DNA of 64,000 nt from Hypanus sabinus. Taxonomy: Eukaryota. Shown here one piece after another: positions 13,270 to 26,870 of the stretch. The notes beneath the pieces were generated by a model. That model had not been told where the DNA came from. It was given only the letters and a program-made list of their open reading frames with translations, and searched no databases. The DNA is taken from the NCBI RefSeq assembly GCF_030144855.1, contig NC_082714.1, positions 93,806,001-93,870,000 on the forward strand. Direction: 5' to 3'. Positions within the stretch are counted from its first letter, which is position 1. The number at the start of each line of letters is the position of its first letter. A program made the translations under genes and the position numbers.

Positions 13270-13900
13270 CCCGAAATGCTGTCATGGGAGGGAACAGTAG
13301 GTATTCCTTATTTGAATGCACCAATGATATCGTTTGTTTGGACGACTGGCGTCACAGATGACCTGTTGTTGAGAGTTGGGCAGAGACCTTTTCAAATAAG
13401 CCTGATTGGAGGACCGACTATGATTTGAATTCCGTCGGGTGACGGTGTCCGGTTTGGTGATGGCAGTCGTCAATATCTTGCATGTCTGGTGAACGTCGTC
13501 GCTTGGCTGTATATAAACTGCGGCCAGGATCACGGAGGAGAACTCTCCTGACAAGTAGAACGGTGGGTACTCAATCGTTAGATGTTCCAGATTAAGGGGA
13601 ACTAGAGTACCAGAAAATCTGCAAATCCGAGCACCACAGAGATTATCATGAAACACAGACCCCCACATTTTTCCTTCGCCGAATCATCAGTTCAGTCCGT
13701 CCTGTGTATCGAGAAGCCTTCAGGTTCCGGCGTTCCCGGAGTGAGCCATGTGCAAGTGTTACATACAGAGCAAATCCTCATTTCCCTCCAAAAGTGTAAT
13801 CCGACCCTAAGATCCTCTCTCGTTGAACACTTGCTAACAAGATGTTTGGTGGTGGTTGGGTCCGGGTTGGGGGAGGTCACATTCCTCTGAGTTTCAGCCG
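13270..13900 (-). mobile_element. Rex1/Babar-type LINE fragment (APE endonuclease)
   Basis: LEHLTIEYPPFYLSGEFSSVILAAVYIQP in ORF 13282-13668. Confidence 0.75.
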
Positions 13901-14589
13901 CGACTGGAGAACAATTACGTTTCTGATGCAGGTCAGTTGTGATTTCATTGAAAGTTGTTTCAGGACAGATGTGTCAGTGGTATTGGTATCGGATTATTGT
14001 TAGACGGTGAAAAGATTATTTTGCATGCTGTTCATACAGATAAAATCATTACTTACTACATTGAGCGAGAACAATATAAAACGATAACTCCTCCATGGAC
14101 CGTCCCAAGCCCGGCTGCGAGAAGTGGAAGTTCGGCATGAGGCGAGAAAACCCATCTCATATAATCTCAGGCCTAGAGAACCTGCAACAGAAACTTCAAA
14201 GACCGGATCCCTCGGAGAGGAAGATCTTCGCCGAGAAGATGTATGACGTAAAATAGTGAGAGCGGAAGTCACAAAGCTGATGAATCTTTGGCTGCGGACA
14301 GGTCTCTGGAGAGTTTCGGTCGGCGGCCCATGCCTCTTTTGGGGTGAACGTAACCAATTACAATACACAATCGCAATGGATTTTGACATGAGCCACCGTG
14401 GTGTCAATTATCTACTTTTTAATCTGAAATCCCGCTGGTTTCCTTGGCTGCTGAAGTCTCGGAAGACACATTCCGGTCCCGCCAAACCAGGGAGAATGAG
14501 ACGGCTCTACCACCCCAAAAGACGGTTTGTGTGGATGCTGTGTAAATTGCAACCCTGCGACAAATCAGTGCCAAGAAACAACAGACAGC

Positions 14590-15215
14590 ACACAAAGAAC
14601 GGGAAGAGAGTTTTAACGTGTTTGATTAACGTTATAGGTAAGATGATGCCCTTTGCATTCAACATAAAACCTGGTTAATCTGGCACTGTGTTAAAGTTTG
14701 GTAGATGCGGATCCAATTCAGTTTTATTGCGGCCTCTGTTCATTATTCCGTACATCAATCGTATAACGCATAGTTATGTCAGTTGCTGTCGCTTTCCTGT
14801 CAGCTCGCATCAGTATAGTCATGCTCCTCTGACTTATCTCATTAACAAGGTGCTTCCGACAAAAAACAAACTGACGTTTTTGTCTTTTTTCGTACCATCC
14901 TCTGTACACGTCAGAGAATTTTGTTCCAGAAAGATCGAGGAGATACGCAGTTTCTGAGATACCCGAACCACCCCGTCTGGGACTCATAATCATGTCAGCT
15001 TTAATGACACTTAGATCATCATTTTGATGTTTGGTCTCAACAATAAAGAACGTCTTTACAATGTCTGAATTCCTCGCTGGATTGAGTTGCTGTCACATGA
15101 CCTATCGATTAGATATTTGCATTAACGATCAGCAATACGTAATAAAGTGGGCACTGAGCGGATATATTAGTTGTGGGTATGATATACTAACGTTCAAAGC
15201 ATTACGACTTCTGCC
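14590..15215. repeat. Non-coding block X1, paralogous to 63265-63890
   Basis: Colinear alignment with identical stretches such as TTATTCCGTACATCAATC, AGTTGCTGTCGCTTTCCTGTC and GATGTTTGGTCTCAACAATAAA. Confidence 0.9.
15093..15122. promoter_or_regulatory. Candidate enhancer core: E-box TCACATGAC + octamer ATTTGCAT
   Basis: E-box at 15093-15101 and perfect octamer at 15115-15122, with the same 13-bp spacing as in X2. Function is inferred only. Confidence 0.4.
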
Positions 15216-16149
15216 GTGAGGAAGCCGTAGAAGGCAGCCATCACTGGATCTAATCGGCAAACCAGGTTCAATGGCGAAGATACATGAGATTCCAATTCCT
15301 GCATCCCTTATCACCACTTCAACCCTGGGAAGCAAATTCACAGAAGAGGAGAACATGATATGGTGTACTCAGAATTGACATCTATGAAACAGAGTAATAA
15401 TGGCAGAAGTGCATTGCGGAATTACACAAAGAAAGAAAATCCTTTTACTTCCTAAGAGCAGTGTTGGGTTTGATGTCCAATCTGCTTGGAGACACAAGAT
15501 GAATATTGAATGCAGAACTTCCAACACTAAGCGCGATATCAGTCAAATTTCCTTCCGGAGTTTTCTTCGGATTGCTGATATCCCATGAATTACCATTTTC
15601 TGCTGATGTTCATAAATTCATAATGGTGTGCGGAGGCCAGTCGTAATTACCAGAATTCGCCTGGAAAATTTAAGGATGTTCCTCAGTCAATACCGTGCAT
15701 GCAAGAGAGACTACTCATTCCATAGACCTTGTGACGTCGCAGCGGAAGAAGCAGTTCGACCCTACAGGTCTCACAAGCGAAGAACAGAAGCGGGTCAAAA
15801 CTACCAGAATATGCTTACCTCCCATCACACTCTGTCTGGTTAGTTTTTACTGATAACCTTACCCCCTTATGAAGACAGAACTGATAATGTGGTACTTCCG
15901 ATCCTCGAGATAGGCTAAATTGCCTTAAAACGTGATAAACATACACACGACCCTCCATAAATGAAAAGCAAACAAACTTCACTAACCAATGGATCACGAA
16001 TTCAAATCACTATGACTGAGTGTCCGACTCCATAGAACATTTTGCATTTCACAACACAGACTTCTGAACACCGTGGTATCATCAGATACACAAGAATTCT
16101 GGAACATACTTCAGAGCGAAAACACACGCGTACACGCACACACATTCGC

Positions 16150-16545
16150 ACACGCACAATGCTGGAGATCAACAATGGAAAGTATTAGAGTCAACGTTTT
16201 CGTTCGAGACCCTTCATCAGGATAGGTGATGCGTATTTTCGTAAACGACGAGTCTATTTCTTTCCATAGATGTTGCTTGGACTGCTAAGTTCCTCTAGAA
16301 ATTTGTGTGTGTTACTGCAGTTTCAAATTAACTGGGGAATACCAACTGGAAAAGGAAAATAGTTAAAGGCAGGGAGCAAAGTTTAAAAATCACTGCGAAA
16401 CTTCATTATTAGTTTGGTCTTGAAGAAGGGTCTCGGCCGGAAACATCACTGTTTATTAATTTCCATAGATGTTGCCGAGCCTTCTGAGTTCCGCCAGCAT
16501 CTTGTTTATGTTGCTTTGGATTTCCAGCATCTGCAGTATTTATTG
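16150..16545. mobile_element. Penelope-like pseudo-LTR tails: one inverted pair plus a direct copy, with degenerate hammerhead cores
   Basis: Minus-strand CTGATGAAGGGTCTCGAACG near 16200-16220, a plus-strand tail at 16255-16320, and a plus-strand TTGAAGAAGGGTCTCGGCCGGAAAC at 16420-16444 with its tail. Confidence 0.65.
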
Positions 16546-16649
16546 TGTTCATAATTTTGGTGCCGTACAAATCTCTGATCTGTGGTCTAAGCTCTCTATA
16601 TTCTATTTAAGCTTTTCATACAGTTGATGTTCTACACCGTCACAGTGTG

Positions 16650-17033
16650 ATCCGGGTTAGTTTTGACCCGGTGCAAGAATCCCTTCATAAGAAGTGTCTA
16701 TATCAAATTTTGAAGCACAGTTCTGTTCACAATGTATAAATGGCCTATCTGACATTAACCAATGGGCGATTAAACCCCCAATTAATGTTTCAGAGACGTA
16801 AAATCCATTTGAACAGATATGGGTCAAATTTGACCCGGAATAGCCACAATGTACAAATTTTGTAGCACTTGTACAAAAGTACAAAATTTTTAAATAATTC
16901 CAATTTTGAGCATTTTGGGTCACTTTAGGAAAAGTCATCAAATTTAGGCTAAAAATGACATTTAGGGTGCTTTTTACTGCTGTCAAATCTTAAAACGAGT
17001 CAAATGTGACCCAAGCAGTATGTAAGCGACTAA
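16650..17033. mobile_element. Probable piggyBac-type non-autonomous DNA element
   Basis: Three degenerate GGGTCAAANTGACCC palindromic motifs (near 16653, 16821 and 16997). The right end resembles AGCAGTATGTAAGGGTTAA. Confidence 0.45.
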
Positions 17034-17544
17034 ATATCAGGTACATTCTCGTGGACAACTATAATGCATCATGTCTGTCTCGAATTCAAAAATTTTGTCT
17101 CGAGTAACTTAGGGCTCCTTGGAACGTCAGGTCTCAGTGTTTGGGAATGATGCACTTCCATGAAACATACGGGGCTGTGAATGTGTCTTTGTTAATTGTT
17201 GTTTTATCTAGAGACATTAAGCCATTTTTCTTTCTGTTTAATCGCGTCTAGTTTATTTTGACTGACACGGGTTTCCTATGCACTATGGAATTTTAAAGTA
17301 GACTTCACATTGGCATTGATTGCAGTGTCCTGTTGTGTCGAGAAAGACTAGACTCGCTGTTGCTCAGTCAAACCACTGACGTTCTCGTTGGAGTTCTATC
17401 TAAAACTGTCTCAATATGGGAGTCTGTGGGTCATACGTATCTGGGTTCAGTGGATTGTCAGCGCACGAAATGGCAGTCTTATAGTTGGGGCTCCTTGCTC
17501 AGTGGGATCAAATTCGAGAAAATTAGAATGATAACGAATTGAAG

Positions 17545-18776
17545 TTTTTGAAGAAGTTATGAGGAATGTTGACGAGGGTAAGGCAGTGGATGTAGTCTAT
17601 CTGGACTTCAGCAAAGCCTTTGACAAAGTTCCACATGGAAGGTTAGTTAAGAGGTTCAGTCGTTAGGTATTAATGCTGGAATAATAAAATGGATTCAACA
17701 GTGGCTAGATGGGAGATGTCAGAGAGTAGTGGTGGATAATTGTTTATCGGGATGGAGGCCGGTGACTAGCGGGGTGCCTCAGGGATCTGTTTTGGGCCCA
17801 ATGTTGTTTGTAATATACATAAATGATCTGGATGATGGGGTGGTAAATTGGATTAGTAAGTATGCCGATGATACTAAGGTAGGAGGTATTGTGGATAATG
17901 AGGTGGGTTTTCAAAGCTTGCAGGGAGATTTATGCCGTTTAGAAGAATGGTCTGAAGGTTGGCAGATGGAGTTTAAACCTGAGAAGTGTGAGGTTCTACA
18001 TTTTTGCAGGAATAATCCAAATAGAACATACAGGGTAAATGCATTGAGGAATGCAGAGGAACAGAGAGATCTAGGAATAACAGTGCATAGTTCCCTGAAG
18101 GTGGAGTCTCATGTAGATAGGGTGGTGAAGAAGGCTTTTGGAACGCTGGCCTTTATAAATCAAAGCATTGAGTACAGAAGTTGGAATGTAATGTTAAAAT
18201 TGTACAAGGCATTGGTAAGGCCAAATTTAGAATATTGTGTGCATTTCTGGTCACTGAGTTATAGGAAATATATCAATAAATTAGCGAGAGTGCAGAGACG
18301 ATTTACTAGGATGTTACCTGGGTTTCAGCACTTAAGTTACAGAGAAAGGTTGAACAAGTTAGGTCTCTATTCATTGGAGCGTAGAAGGTTGAGGGGGAAT
18401 TTGATCGAGGTATTTAAAATTTTGAGAGGGATAGATAGAGTTGACGTGAATAGGCTGTTTCCATTGAGAGTAGGGGAGATTCAAACGAGAGGACATGATT
18501 TGAGAGTTAGGGGGCAGAAGTTTAAGGGAAACACGGGGGGGGGGTATTTCTTTACTTAGAGAGTGATAGCTATGTGGAATGAGCTTCCTGTAGCAGTAGT
18601 AGAGGCCAGTTCAGTTGTGTCATTTAAGGTAAAAGTGGATAGGTATATGGACAGGAAAGGAGTGGAGGGTTATGGGCTGAGTGCGGGTACGTGGACTAGG
18701 TGAGATTAAGAGTTCGGCACGGACTAGGAGGGCCGAGATGGCCTGTTTCCGTGCTGTGATTGTTATATGGTTATAT
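17545..18776 (+). mobile_element. CR1 LINE, 5'-truncated (RT C-terminal half)
   Basis: ORF 17729-18559 contains SGVPQGSVLGP and KYADDTK. Tail is TTATATGGTTATAT. Confidence 0.92.
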
Positions 18777-19378
18777 AAGTGGCTGAATAGGTAATTAGGT
18801 CTGGAAGTCTCTTCTTGAAAGGCCCTTGGTGCTGAACCTCTTTATAAGAGGCAGCATTGGTTTTACTTTTCCACATATGAACAAATATGACTGACAAGAC
18901 CAAATATTCTCCCGAATAAAAAACGGTTTTATGTCCGGAGTATTTAAGGTATATTTCAAAATGACAAATTGTTTCACAGTTGACAGTAAAACGGTAATAA
19001 AGGATAGTTGGGGTGGGGAGATGCAATTGAGAAATAAGAGAGCTCGAAGTTTTGCTGGTGAACATGTGGTGGCAGTACAGAACTATCGAGGTCCCGAGTA
19101 GGTCCTTACCTGCCAAAGCAGAGTCAGCAAAGCAAAATAATTAGATTTGCATTTTGATTGCGCCTACCAGAATTACAGCAGCACAGCAAGAGCTTTACAG
19201 CAGTTGATGTAATCATTCCTGTAATATCTTAAGCAGGGCACCGGGTGCCTAACCGGATGATATGTTTAACTAATGTTTTTGTTGTTTCGCTGTTTACACT
19301 GGCCACTGTGCCCTACTTTCGTTAAGTGTTTTGTACAATTGAGTGGTATAGGAATTAAATTTTTCCACCTTATAGAAA

Positions 19379-19627
19379 TACACTCAGTGGCCACTTATTT
19401 GGTACACTTACATACCAGATCATTCATGTAAATATCGAATCAGCAATCAAGTGGCAACAACTTATTGTACAAAAGTAGGCATAGAGAGTCAAGAGGTTCA
19501 GCTGTTGCATAGATCACACAACGGAACGGAAAATGGCGAGGTTCGAGTATTTTGGAAACTGCTGCTCTCCTGGAATTTTCACGCACAGCTGTTACTGGAG
19601 TTTACAGAAAATGATGCAAAAAACAAA
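19379..19627 (+). mobile_element. Tc1-like DNA transposon, left part (split by a CR1 insertion)
   Basis: TA followed by the CACTCAGTGGCCAC...GGTACAC terminal repeat, then decayed transposase N-terminal sequence. Continues at 21748. Confidence 0.75.
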
Positions 19628-19706
19628 CAATTAAACAATTAAAGAAAACCAATTAAAAACCAATTAAATAAAACAATTAAAAAACAATTAAAGAAAACCA
19701 ATTAAA
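19628..19706 (+). repeat. Irregular tandem array of seven CAATTAAA units at the CR1 5' junction
   Basis: Counted directly from the sequence. Confidence 0.9.
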
Positions 19707-21747
19707 GAAGTCAGAGACTGTATAGCATTAAAGAAAAAGAAGTATGACAGTGCTAAGATGAGTGGGAATACAGATGATTGGGAAAGTTTTAAGGAACAGC
19801 AGATCTTAACTAAAAAAGCAATACGGAGAGAAAAATTCAGGTATGAGCTCAGTCCAGCCAGGAATTCAAAAGGGGATAGCAAAAGCTTTTTTAGCTATGT
19901 GAAGAGAAAGAAGATAGTTAAGAACAATATTGGCCCCTTGAAGAATGAATTGGGAGAAATTGTTATGGAAAACAGGGAAATGGCAACAGAATTTAATGCG
20001 TACTTTAGATTTGTCTTCACCAGGGAGGACACAAGCAATCTCCCAGATGTATGGATGGGCCACGGTCATAAGATATCAGAGGAATTGAGACAGTTTGACA
20101 TTAGGAAAGAAACTGTGATGAGTAGATTGGTAGGACTGAAGGCTAATAAATCCCTGGGTCCAGATGGTCTGCATCCGAGGGTTCCAAAAGAGGTGGCTCA
20201 GGAAATTGCGGATGCATTGGTAATCATTTTCCAATGTTCCGTAGATTCAGGATCAGTTCCTGAAGATTGGAGAGTGGCTAATATTATCCCACTTTTCAAG
20301 AAGGGAGGGAAGGAGAAAACGGAGAACTATCGCCCTGTTAGCCTAACGTCAGTCGTGGGGAAGATGCTTGAGTCCATTATTAAGGACGAAATAGTGGCAC
20401 ATCTTGATGGCAGAAGTAGGATTAGACCGAGCCAGCATGGATTTACCAAGGGGAAATCATGCTTGACTAATCTGTTGGAGTTTTTTGAGGGTGTAACAAG
20501 GATGTTAGACGAGGGTAAGCCAGTGGATGTTGTGTACCTAGATTTTCAGAAGGCATTCGATAAGGTGCCACATAGGAGATTGGTGAGTAAAATCAGAGCT
20601 CATGGCATTGGGGGCAGGGTTTCAACATGGATAGAAAACTGGTTGGCAGAGAGAAAGCAAAGGGTAGCAGTGAATGGGTGTTTCTCGGACTGGCTGGAGG
20701 TCACTAGTGGGGTACCACAGGGCTCTGTATTGGGACCACAGCTCTTTACGATTATTGTCAACGATTTAGATGAGGGCATTGAAAACTATATCAGCAAGTT
20801 TGCTGACGATACTAAACTGGGTGGCAGTGTGACATGCGAAGAGGACGTTAGGAGAATACAGGGAGACTTGGAGAATACAGGGGGACTTGGGTGAGTGGGC
20901 AGATACTTGGCAGATGTCATTCAATGTGAATAAATGTGAAGTTATCCACTTCGGAAGCTGAAACAAGAGGGCAGAGTATTGTCTGAACGGTGTAGAGTTA
21001 GGTAAGGGAGAAATGCAAAGAGAACTAGGAGTCCTAGTTCACCAGTCAATGAAGGTGAATGAGCAAGTGCAACAGGCAGTGAAGAGGGCAAATGGAATGT
21101 TGGCCTTTGTTACAAGGGGAATTGAGTACAAGAGCAAGGATGTCCTTTTGCATTTGTACAGGGCCCTGGTGAGACCACACCTGGAATATTGTGTACAGTT
21201 TTGGTCTCCAGGTTTAAGGAAGGACATTCTGGCAATTGAGGAAGTGCAGCGCAGATTCAATAGGTTGATTCCTGGGATGGGAGGGCTGTCTTACGCAGAG
21301 AGATTGGAGAGATTGGGCTTGTACACGCTGGAATTGAGGAGATCGAGAGGGGATCTGATTGAAACGTTTAAGATAATTAAAGGATTTGATAGGATTGAGG
21401 CAGGAAATATGTTCCAGATGTTGGGAGAGTCCAGTACCGGAGGGCATGGATTGAGAATAAGAGGTCAGTTATTTAAAACAGAGTTGAGGAAGAGCTTCTT
21501 CTCGCAGAGAGTTGTGGAGGTGTGGAATGCACTGCCTCGGAAGACGGTGGAGGCCAATTCTCTGGATGCGTTCAAGAAGGAGCTAGATAGATATCTGATG
21601 GATAGGGGAATCAAGGGATATGGGGACAAGGCAGGGACTGGGTATTGATAGTGAATGATCAGCCATGATCTCAGAATGGCGGTGCAGACTCTAGGTGCCG
21701 AATGGTCTACTTCTGCACCTATTGTCTATTGTCTATTGTCTATTGTC
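19700..21747 (+). mobile_element. CR1 LINE, 5'-truncated, relatively young
   Basis: Open 378-aa ORF2 segment (NYRPVSLTSVVGK, QHGF, SGVPQGS, KFADDTK) plus a 211-aa C-terminal segment. A 19-bp tandem duplication at 20851-20888 breaks the frame. Tail is (TATTGTC)n. Confidence 0.95.
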
Positions 21748-21970
21748 ATCCAGTGAGCAGTAGTTCTATGTTATATTGTTAGTGAGTGTATTCAGAGGAG
21801 AATAGTCGGACTGGTTCAAGCTGACAGCAAGGAAACGGTAATCCGATTGTACTAACAATGTTCTGCAGACCACGCGTTTCATCAGTGATGAAGAAAGGCA
21901 TATCTGTTCGCAGAATATGTCAAACAGCAGCAGAAGGCCATAAACATGCAGGAAGTACCTGATAAAGTAG
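21748..21970 (+). mobile_element. Tc1-like DNA transposon, right part
   Basis: Resumes at ATCCAGTGAGCAG...GACTGGTTCAAGCTGACAG and is similar to 57690-57890. Confidence 0.7.
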
Positions 21971-22049
21971 TAAGAGTACAGATTTCTATTATACTTCCTC
22001 CATTGCCTCTTCCTAATCCGCCTATTTACTGCTGCCATCTAATAACTCA

Positions 22050-22790
22050 TTGAATTGGTTAAACCTTGGATACGCTGTCGGAGCATATTCATGCTTAAAC
22101 AGTTCACGTGAGTCAAATGAAAGAGGATACCCAGAACTGATACACAGCTGCAGAAACGTAATATGGGGAGAGCTGACTATGTTTAAATCGGATGTTAAGA
22201 GCTTCTTGATTAGTAAGGGCGAACAAGATACCATGGAGAGGGCAGGGAATATAATAAATATAATAAATATTAATAAATGTTAATAAATCAGCCATGATGG
22301 AATGGCGGGTCAAACGTGATGGGCTGAATCGCCTAATCCAGATACTATGTTTCATGCTTTAAGATTAAGAAGTATTTCTGAAATTTTTCAGTACGCATTT
22401 ACACTGTCAGTGTCAGGGAGGAACGAAATAAAAAGTCAATGAATGCCTGAAGGAATGTATCGAAGTGAAGGATGGCACCAGTCTAGAGGATGGCCCTTTT
22501 GGTAAAATCGGATTTTGTGAATGAACCTCTTGATGTGTACGTGGACTTCAGCAAGTTCATAGTCAAGACTAAACATGGTAAGCTGGTTCGGAAGCTTGGA
22601 AAATATACGACCCAGGATGAGTGTGCCAATGACGTAAAACACGTTTGTGTGGCACTGGACTGGGAGCGGTACTGAAGCATCCTTTTACACACAGGAGGAC
22701 TTCTGTCAATGGAGTACAACAGGAACATGCGCTGACTCGGTTTTATCCACTACTTGTTGTAGGTCATTCCGTTCAAAGGTACTGGTGTTT
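22050..22790 (+). mobile_element. Old CR1 fragments
   Basis: FKSDVKSFLISKG 3'-end motif and VYVDFSK...HGKLVRK RT motif. Confidence 0.65.
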
Positions 22791-22825
22791 GCAATGATAC
22801 AAACCGTCAATATAGACTCAATTAT

Positions 22826-25025
22826 AGAAACATAGAAGCATAGAAAACCTACAGCGCAATACTGGCCCTTGGCACTTGAAGTTCAGCAGAACGGGTCCCA
22901 CCTTGGAAATTACTAGGCTTACCTACAGCCCTCTATTTTTCTAAGCTCCATGTACCTATCCAAAAGTCTCTAAAACAAGACCCTTTCGTACCCACCTCCA
23001 CCACCGTTGCCGGCAGCCTATTCCACGCACTCACCACTCCCTGAGTAAAATACTCACAACTGACATCTCCCCTGTACCTACTGTCCAGCATCTTAAACTG
23101 TGTCCTCTTATGTCAACCGTTTCAGCCCTGGGAAAAAGCCTCTGACTGTTCACACGATCAATGCCTCTAATCATCTTATACAATCTATTAGGTCTCCTCT
23201 CATCATTCATCGTTCCAAGGAGAAAAGGGCGTGTTCACTCAATCTATTCTCATAAGGCATGCACTCCCTTTCAGGGAACATTCTTGTAAATCTTTTCTGC
23301 ACCCTTTCTATGGCTACCACATCCTTCCTGTAGTGAGGCCACCAGAACTGAGCACAGTTCTCTTAGCGGGGTCTGACCATTTTTCTATATAGTTGCAACA
23401 TTACCTCCAGGCTACTAAATTCAATTCCACGATTAAGGAAGACCAATATACCGTACTCCTTCTTAACCACAGAGTCAATCTGCGAAGCTGCTTTGAGTGT
23501 CCTGTAGACTCGAACCCAAGATCCCTATGATACACCACACCGCCAAGAGTCTTATCGTTAATGCTACATTCTGCCATCATATTTGACCTACCAAAATGTA
23601 CAACTTCAGACTTATCTGGGTTGAACTCCGTCTGCCACTTCTCAGCCCAGTTTTGCATCCTATCAATGTCCCTTTGTAACTTCTGACAGCCATGCACACT
23701 CTAAACATTAATGAAAATCATTTCTAAAAACTACGAAGAGTACGGATCCTTGAACAGATCTCTGAGACACTCCTCTGGTGACAGACCTCCATGCAGAATA
23801 TGACCCGTCCACAACCACTCGTTGCCTTCTGCGGGCAAGCCAGTTCTAGATACACAAAGCAATGTTCCCTTGGGTCCCATGCCCCTTTACTTTCTCAGTA
23901 AGCCTTACATGGGTTTCCTGATCAAATGTCTTGCTGAAATACATATACAATACTGCTCTTCCTTAATCAATGTGTTTATTCACATTCTCAAAACATTCAA
24001 TCCTGCCCTTGAAAAAGTCATGCTGACTATCCTATTCATATTATACCTCTCCAAGTGTCCATAAATCCTGCCTCTCAGGATATTTCCAATCAACTTACCC
24101 ACCAGTGAGGTGAGTCACACTGGTCTATAATTTCCTGGCCTCTCTCTTCTTCCTTTCTTGAATAAAGGAACAATACCTGCAACCTTTCAATCCTCCAGAA
24201 CCTCTTCCGTCCCCATTGATGATGCAAAGATCATCGCCAGAGACGCAGAAATCTCCTCCCTCGCCTCCCACAGTAGCCTGCGGTACATCTCATTCGATCC
24301 CGGCCACTTATCCGACTTGATGCTTTACAAAATATTCAGCACGTCCCCTTCCTTAATATCTACATGCTGAAGGTATTGTCTGTTGCAAATCATTACTACA
24401 ATCACCAAGATCCATTTCCATAGTGAATACTGAAGTAAAGTATTCATTAAGTACCTCTGCTAATTCCTCCGGTTCCATACACACTTTCCCACTGTCACAT
24501 GTGATAGGTCCTATTCATTCACGTCTTACCTTTTTGCTCTTCACATACTTGTAGAATGCCTTGGTTTCTCTATAATCCTGACGCCAAAGCCTTCTCAGGG
24601 CCCCTTCTGGCTTTCCTAATTTCCTTCCTATTAGCTTTATAGTCTTCTAGGTCTCTAACATTACCTATCTCTCTGCACTTTTTGTCAGCTTTTCTTTTGT
24701 TCTTGACTAGATTTATTACAGCCTTTGTACAGCACGGTTTCTGTACCCTACCTAACTTCCATGTCTCATTGGAACGTACCTATTTAGAACTCCACTCACA
24801 TATCCACTGAACATGTGCCGCATTACTTCCGTACTTTTCCCTGAGAACATCTGTTTCCAATTTAAGCTTCCAATTTTTTGTCTGATAGCCTCACGATTCC
24901 TCTCACTCCAATTAAATGCTTTTCTAATTTGTCTATTGCTATCTCTGTCCAATGCTATTTTTAAGGAGATAGGTTCATGATCACTATCACTCCTTGCTCT
25001 AGGGAGATGCCAATCGTGCATCTAC
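22826..25025 (-). mobile_element. CR1 LINE, decayed
   Basis: (CATAGAA)n tail at 22826-22848. Minus-strand LQRDIDRMQNWAEKWQTEFNPDK and SDHEPISLKI motifs. Confidence 0.85.
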
Positions 25026-26559
25026 AGAAGTTTATAAGACTTTTAGATATCATGCCAATGCTTTGAAAACTTCTAAGAATGTATGGGCTCTGCCGTTACT
25101 TCTTTGTCTTGGCGGTTGTGGGCTGTACCCTGGACAGAAATGATAACATCTCTGATCTCCTTGTGAGGACTAGCTGAAGGATCTCCGAATTCCTTCCCTC
25201 TGTAGTTCGTAAACTTTTCTTTGGTGTTGCTGACATTCAGTGAGAGATTGTTGATGCGGCACTTATCACCCAGCTAAGGTCATGCCTTTGAGTCAGTCCT
25301 TTCCTCAGGGGAAGCAAAGGTTACACGACCAACGTGGAGACTTAGATCCGAAGACCAGTGTAGTTATGTTCGATAATCTGCAATAAGAAGGTAGTGGTAT
25401 AGGGTAGTAAAATTGTGCAGTTTAAAAGACTTCTGGGCAGTTAGACGGATTTTAAAATTTTATCAACACGCGCAAAATATTGGAATTTCTAGCATCTTTT
25501 AGCAGATTTCCTCCTGTTTGCCATTAAAATTTTATGGTGACATTAGTCAAACGCAAAGAAATGGGACGAGCGCAGTTAGGCAAAATTGCTGGCATGGTCA
25601 GGTTGGGCCGCAAGGCCCATTTCTGTGCTGAATAACTCTGTGAGTCTAAATGCCGCAGTTGTCGGGGGCAGGGAATTATTGTCATAGTGAGGCTGAACAA
25701 GAACCACTCCTGGGGCTTCCAATACAAAATATTTATTGTAGGGACTGACATGTAAGGACAAAATATGTTTGAAGTTAGTAACAATGAATAAACCTAAGGA
25801 TCAATCACGGCCGTTGCAAGTTAATGACATTCAAGTTCAATAAGCTGTGAGGGATTGATGTTGGCTTTTTCCTAGGAGTATGAGGACGGGACATTTTGTT
25901 TGGAAGACTATTGTTCAGTACAGGAAACAGGTGTGTCTTCGGATTGAATTACCCAATGCTGATCATGTTTTGTGGAGGAGAGAACTGACCCGTAATGACA
26001 GGATGGGGAATGGAAGCCAAACAAGTTCCGGGAACTGAAAGATGAATACATCGAAAGACAAGATACTGATTTGACTACAAAGTGGACGCAAAATATGTTT
26101 CCTCTGGATAAGCGATGGGGGAATAGGATGAACAAGGATGACGTGACCGAATTTCGTCAGTGCCTGTCAATTTTCTCTCCCAGAGCCCCGTAAATGTTTA
26201 GTCGCCGACCAGAATCCAGAATCATATAAGTTTGTGGACAACTTGATTTAGCGCTGTGGATGTCGCATGGGCAGTGCTGGGTTTATGACCATTTCAGAAC
26301 TTGGATAACAGCAAAGCAGGTGCGCGAAATCTATGCGTGTTCTTACATATCCCCTGTGTGTCTGGTATTAAAACATTTATCGGGTTCCTGAGATTATGTT
26401 GCGGGTAGGTTCAGACGTGGAGAGAGCAACCGAGCCCATGATCACCCTCCGGGCTATTCTCAAACCCTTATGTTACTGAAGTGAGTTTTCTGTTCCCTAC
26501 TCTCAAAGTTGTACATTTATTAGAAACCGAACTGAATCATCATTTCCTCCAACACTTTC

Positions 26560-26870
26560 TCTCCCTTTCAGATGCACACACACACACACACACATACTCC
26601 CCTCGCTCCTCCTCGCGCTCTCCCCTTTCCCTCCTCCCTCTCTCCCTTTCACTGTCTCTGTCTCCCCTCCTTCAGTCCCACTCCTCTCTCTCTCCCCATC
26701 TCTCACACACACTGTCTCCGCCCACATTCTTATCTTACTCATTCTGCCTCACTTCGCAGTGCTTTTTCTTTTATCCCATCTCGCTCTCGCTCCCCGCTAT
26801 CATCGTCTCACCATCTGTCTCTCCCGTTTCGCAGAACTCATTCTACCTCTCTTTCGTTGACCCGTGTCCT
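26560..26870. repeat. (CA)n plus CT-rich low-complexity tract
   Basis: Direct inspection. Confidence 0.9.

Noticed and set aside
14241-15750. CRE/ETS-like motifs flanking block X1 (near 14244-14270 and 15731-15748)
   Set aside because: They are short motifs with no counterpart near X2 and are expected by chance.
19758-20894. 378-aa RT ORF as an active or domesticated gene
   Set aside because: It belongs to a 5'-truncated CR1 with downstream frame breaks.
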